A stretch of 32,000 nt of DNA from Comamonas piscis (GTDB taxonomy: Bacteria > Pseudomonadota > Gammaproteobacteria > Burkholderiales > Burkholderiaceae_C). The stretch lies in assembly GCF_014109725.1 (NCBI RefSeq), contig NZ_CP058554.1, positions 4,879,801-4,911,800 of the forward strand, written 5' to 3'. Of the stretch, positions 30,897 through 32,000 are shown in pieces. The position numbers and the translations under genes were made by a program. Below the pieces are notes generated by a model. That model did no database searches. It saw only the letters and a program-made list of their open reading frames with translations, and had not been told where the DNA came from. Every line of letters starts with the position of its first letter. Position 1 is the first letter of the stretch.

Positions 30897-32000
30897 GCTT
30901 TCCTCCGTTCATCGCTTCGTCTTCGGATTCATCGTCGCTGCCCAGGTAGGCCGCTATCACGCGCGGATTGCTTTGCACCTGCTGGGGCGTGCCCTCGGCA
31001 ATTTTCTGGCCGTAGTCGAGCACGATCACATGGTCGGACACGGCCATCACCAGGTCCATATGGTGCTCGATCAGCAGCACGGTAATGCCCAGATCACGGA
31101 TGCGCGCAATCACCTGGATCAGCTCCTGCGTCTCCTGCGGGTTGAGGCCGGCGGCCGGCTCGTCGAGCAGCAGCAAACGCGGGTGGGTGGCCAGCGCGCG
31201 CGCCAGCTCCAGCCGGCGCTGCAGGCCGTAGGGCAGGCTGCCGGCGGTATGCAGTGCCTTGTCGCGCAGATGCAGGCGGTCGAGGATCTGCAAGGCCTCA
31301 TCCCGCGCAGCCAGCTCGGCGCGCCGGGCCTTGCCCACCCCTATCAGGCTGGCAAAGAAGCCCGCCTGGATATGTGCATGCAAGCCGACCTTCACGTTGT
31401 CGAGCACCGTCATGTCGCTGAACAGCCGCAGGTTCTGAAAGGTGCGGCCCAGGCCCATGCGGGCGATCCGGTTGGGCGACACGCCCACAATGCTCTGGCC
31501 CGCAAACTGGATGGAGCCGCGCTCGGGCACCACAATGCCCGACAGGATATTGAGCAAGGTGGTCTTGCCCGCGCCATTGGGCCCGATCAGCGAATGCACA
31601 TGGCCGGGTTTGATGCAGATATCCACCTCATTGGTAGGTACCACGCCACCATAGGCCTTGTAGATGCCGCGACCGTCCAGCAAACCCTCGGCGCCGGTAC
31701 TGGCCAGCGGCGCGGCAGACTTGAGCTGCCAGGCCGGCAGATCCTGCGGCAGCTGCGGCGTGGCCAGCAGGCCCGGTGCGTATTTGCGCGCCAGGCTGCG
31801 CAGGGTGCCAGCCAGGCCATTGGGCATGGCGTACAGCGCAAACAGCAGCAGCGCCCCATAGGTGAAATGCTGCACACCCGGCCAGCGCGACAGCAGCGAA
31901 TCGAGCAAGGTCAGCACCACCGCGCCTAGCAGCGGCCCGTAGACGGAATTGCCACCAAACAGCACCACCAGCAGGAAGAACACCGACAGGTTGAAGGTGA
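30889..32000 (-). CDS. Fused Liv-type ABC permease (LivM-like C-terminal TM region) and ATP-binding protein (LivG-like). 5' end lies outside the window.
   Basis: The frame is open to the window edge (the track M at 31983 is an internal GTG). The N-terminal part visible here is hydrophobic, LivM-like (GGNSVYGPLLGAVVLTLLDSLL...LFALYAMPNGLAG). It is followed by a LivG-like ATPase: GPNGAGKTTLLNILSG, LPYGLQRRLELARAL, LLLDEPAAGL, IEHHMDLV. Confidence 0.85.
   Translation of the reverse strand, partial: TFNLSVFFLLVVLFGGNSVYGPLLGAVVLTLLDSLLSRWPGVQHFTYGALLLFALYAMPNGLAGTLRSLARKYAPGLLATPQLPQDLPAWQLKSAAPLASTGAEGLLDGRGIYKAYGGVVPTNEVDICIKPGHVHSLIGPNGAGKTTLLNILSGIVVPERGSIQFAGQSIVGVSPNRIARMGLGRTFQNLRLFSDMTVLDNVKVGLHAHIQAGFFASLIGVGKARRAELAARDEALQILDRLHLRDKALHTAGSLPYGLQRRLELARALATHPRLLLLDEPAAGLNPQETQELIQVIARIRDLGITVLLIEHHMDLVMAVSDHVIVLDYGQKIAEGTPQQVQSNPRVIAAYLGSDDESEDEAMNGGKHA

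Overview
High-GC (about 65%) chromosomal segment. Codon usage, an Omp32-like porin and Tct-type genes suggest a Comamonadaceae-type betaproteobacterium (inference). I can support 24 protein-coding genes plus one weak small-ORF candidate. I see no rRNA, tRNA, CRISPR, IS/transposase, integrase or phage genes.

Content from left to right:
- tctB (partial) and the tctE/tctD two-component pair.
- A 1987-aa tandem-duplicated UvrA with a consensus LexA box upstream.
- An Omp32-type porin.
- A 552-aa MHS-family MFS transporter.
- A long minus-strand leucine/isovalerate (liu) string: liuB, liuC, DUF4126, liuD, ghrA-like, liuE, YbaK-like, DUF1289, HCCA-isomerase-like.
- A CPA1 Na+/H+ antiporter.
- An acyl-CoA synthetase divergent from an AraC regulator, followed by a GST and a second acyl-CoA ligase.
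- A GMC oxidoreductase translationally coupled to a Liv-type ABC importer that has a fused permease/ATPase (truncated at the window end).

This is mostly ordinary core metabolism. I found no defence island or mobile element. The most unusual items are:
- the covalently duplicated, internally asymmetric UvrA, apparently under SOS control;
- a 35-codon proline-rich ORF with a strong SD just upstream of tctD;
- a regular G-run/T-tract array (C-tract/A-tract on the mRNA strand) forming the whole liuE leader;
- DUF4126 embedded in the methylcrotonyl-CoA carboxylase cluster;
- two different 11-bp-phased direct repeats in promoter regions.

The many very long ORFs antisense to real genes are high-GC artefacts. 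Motif coordinates were counted by hand and may be off by 1-2 nt.
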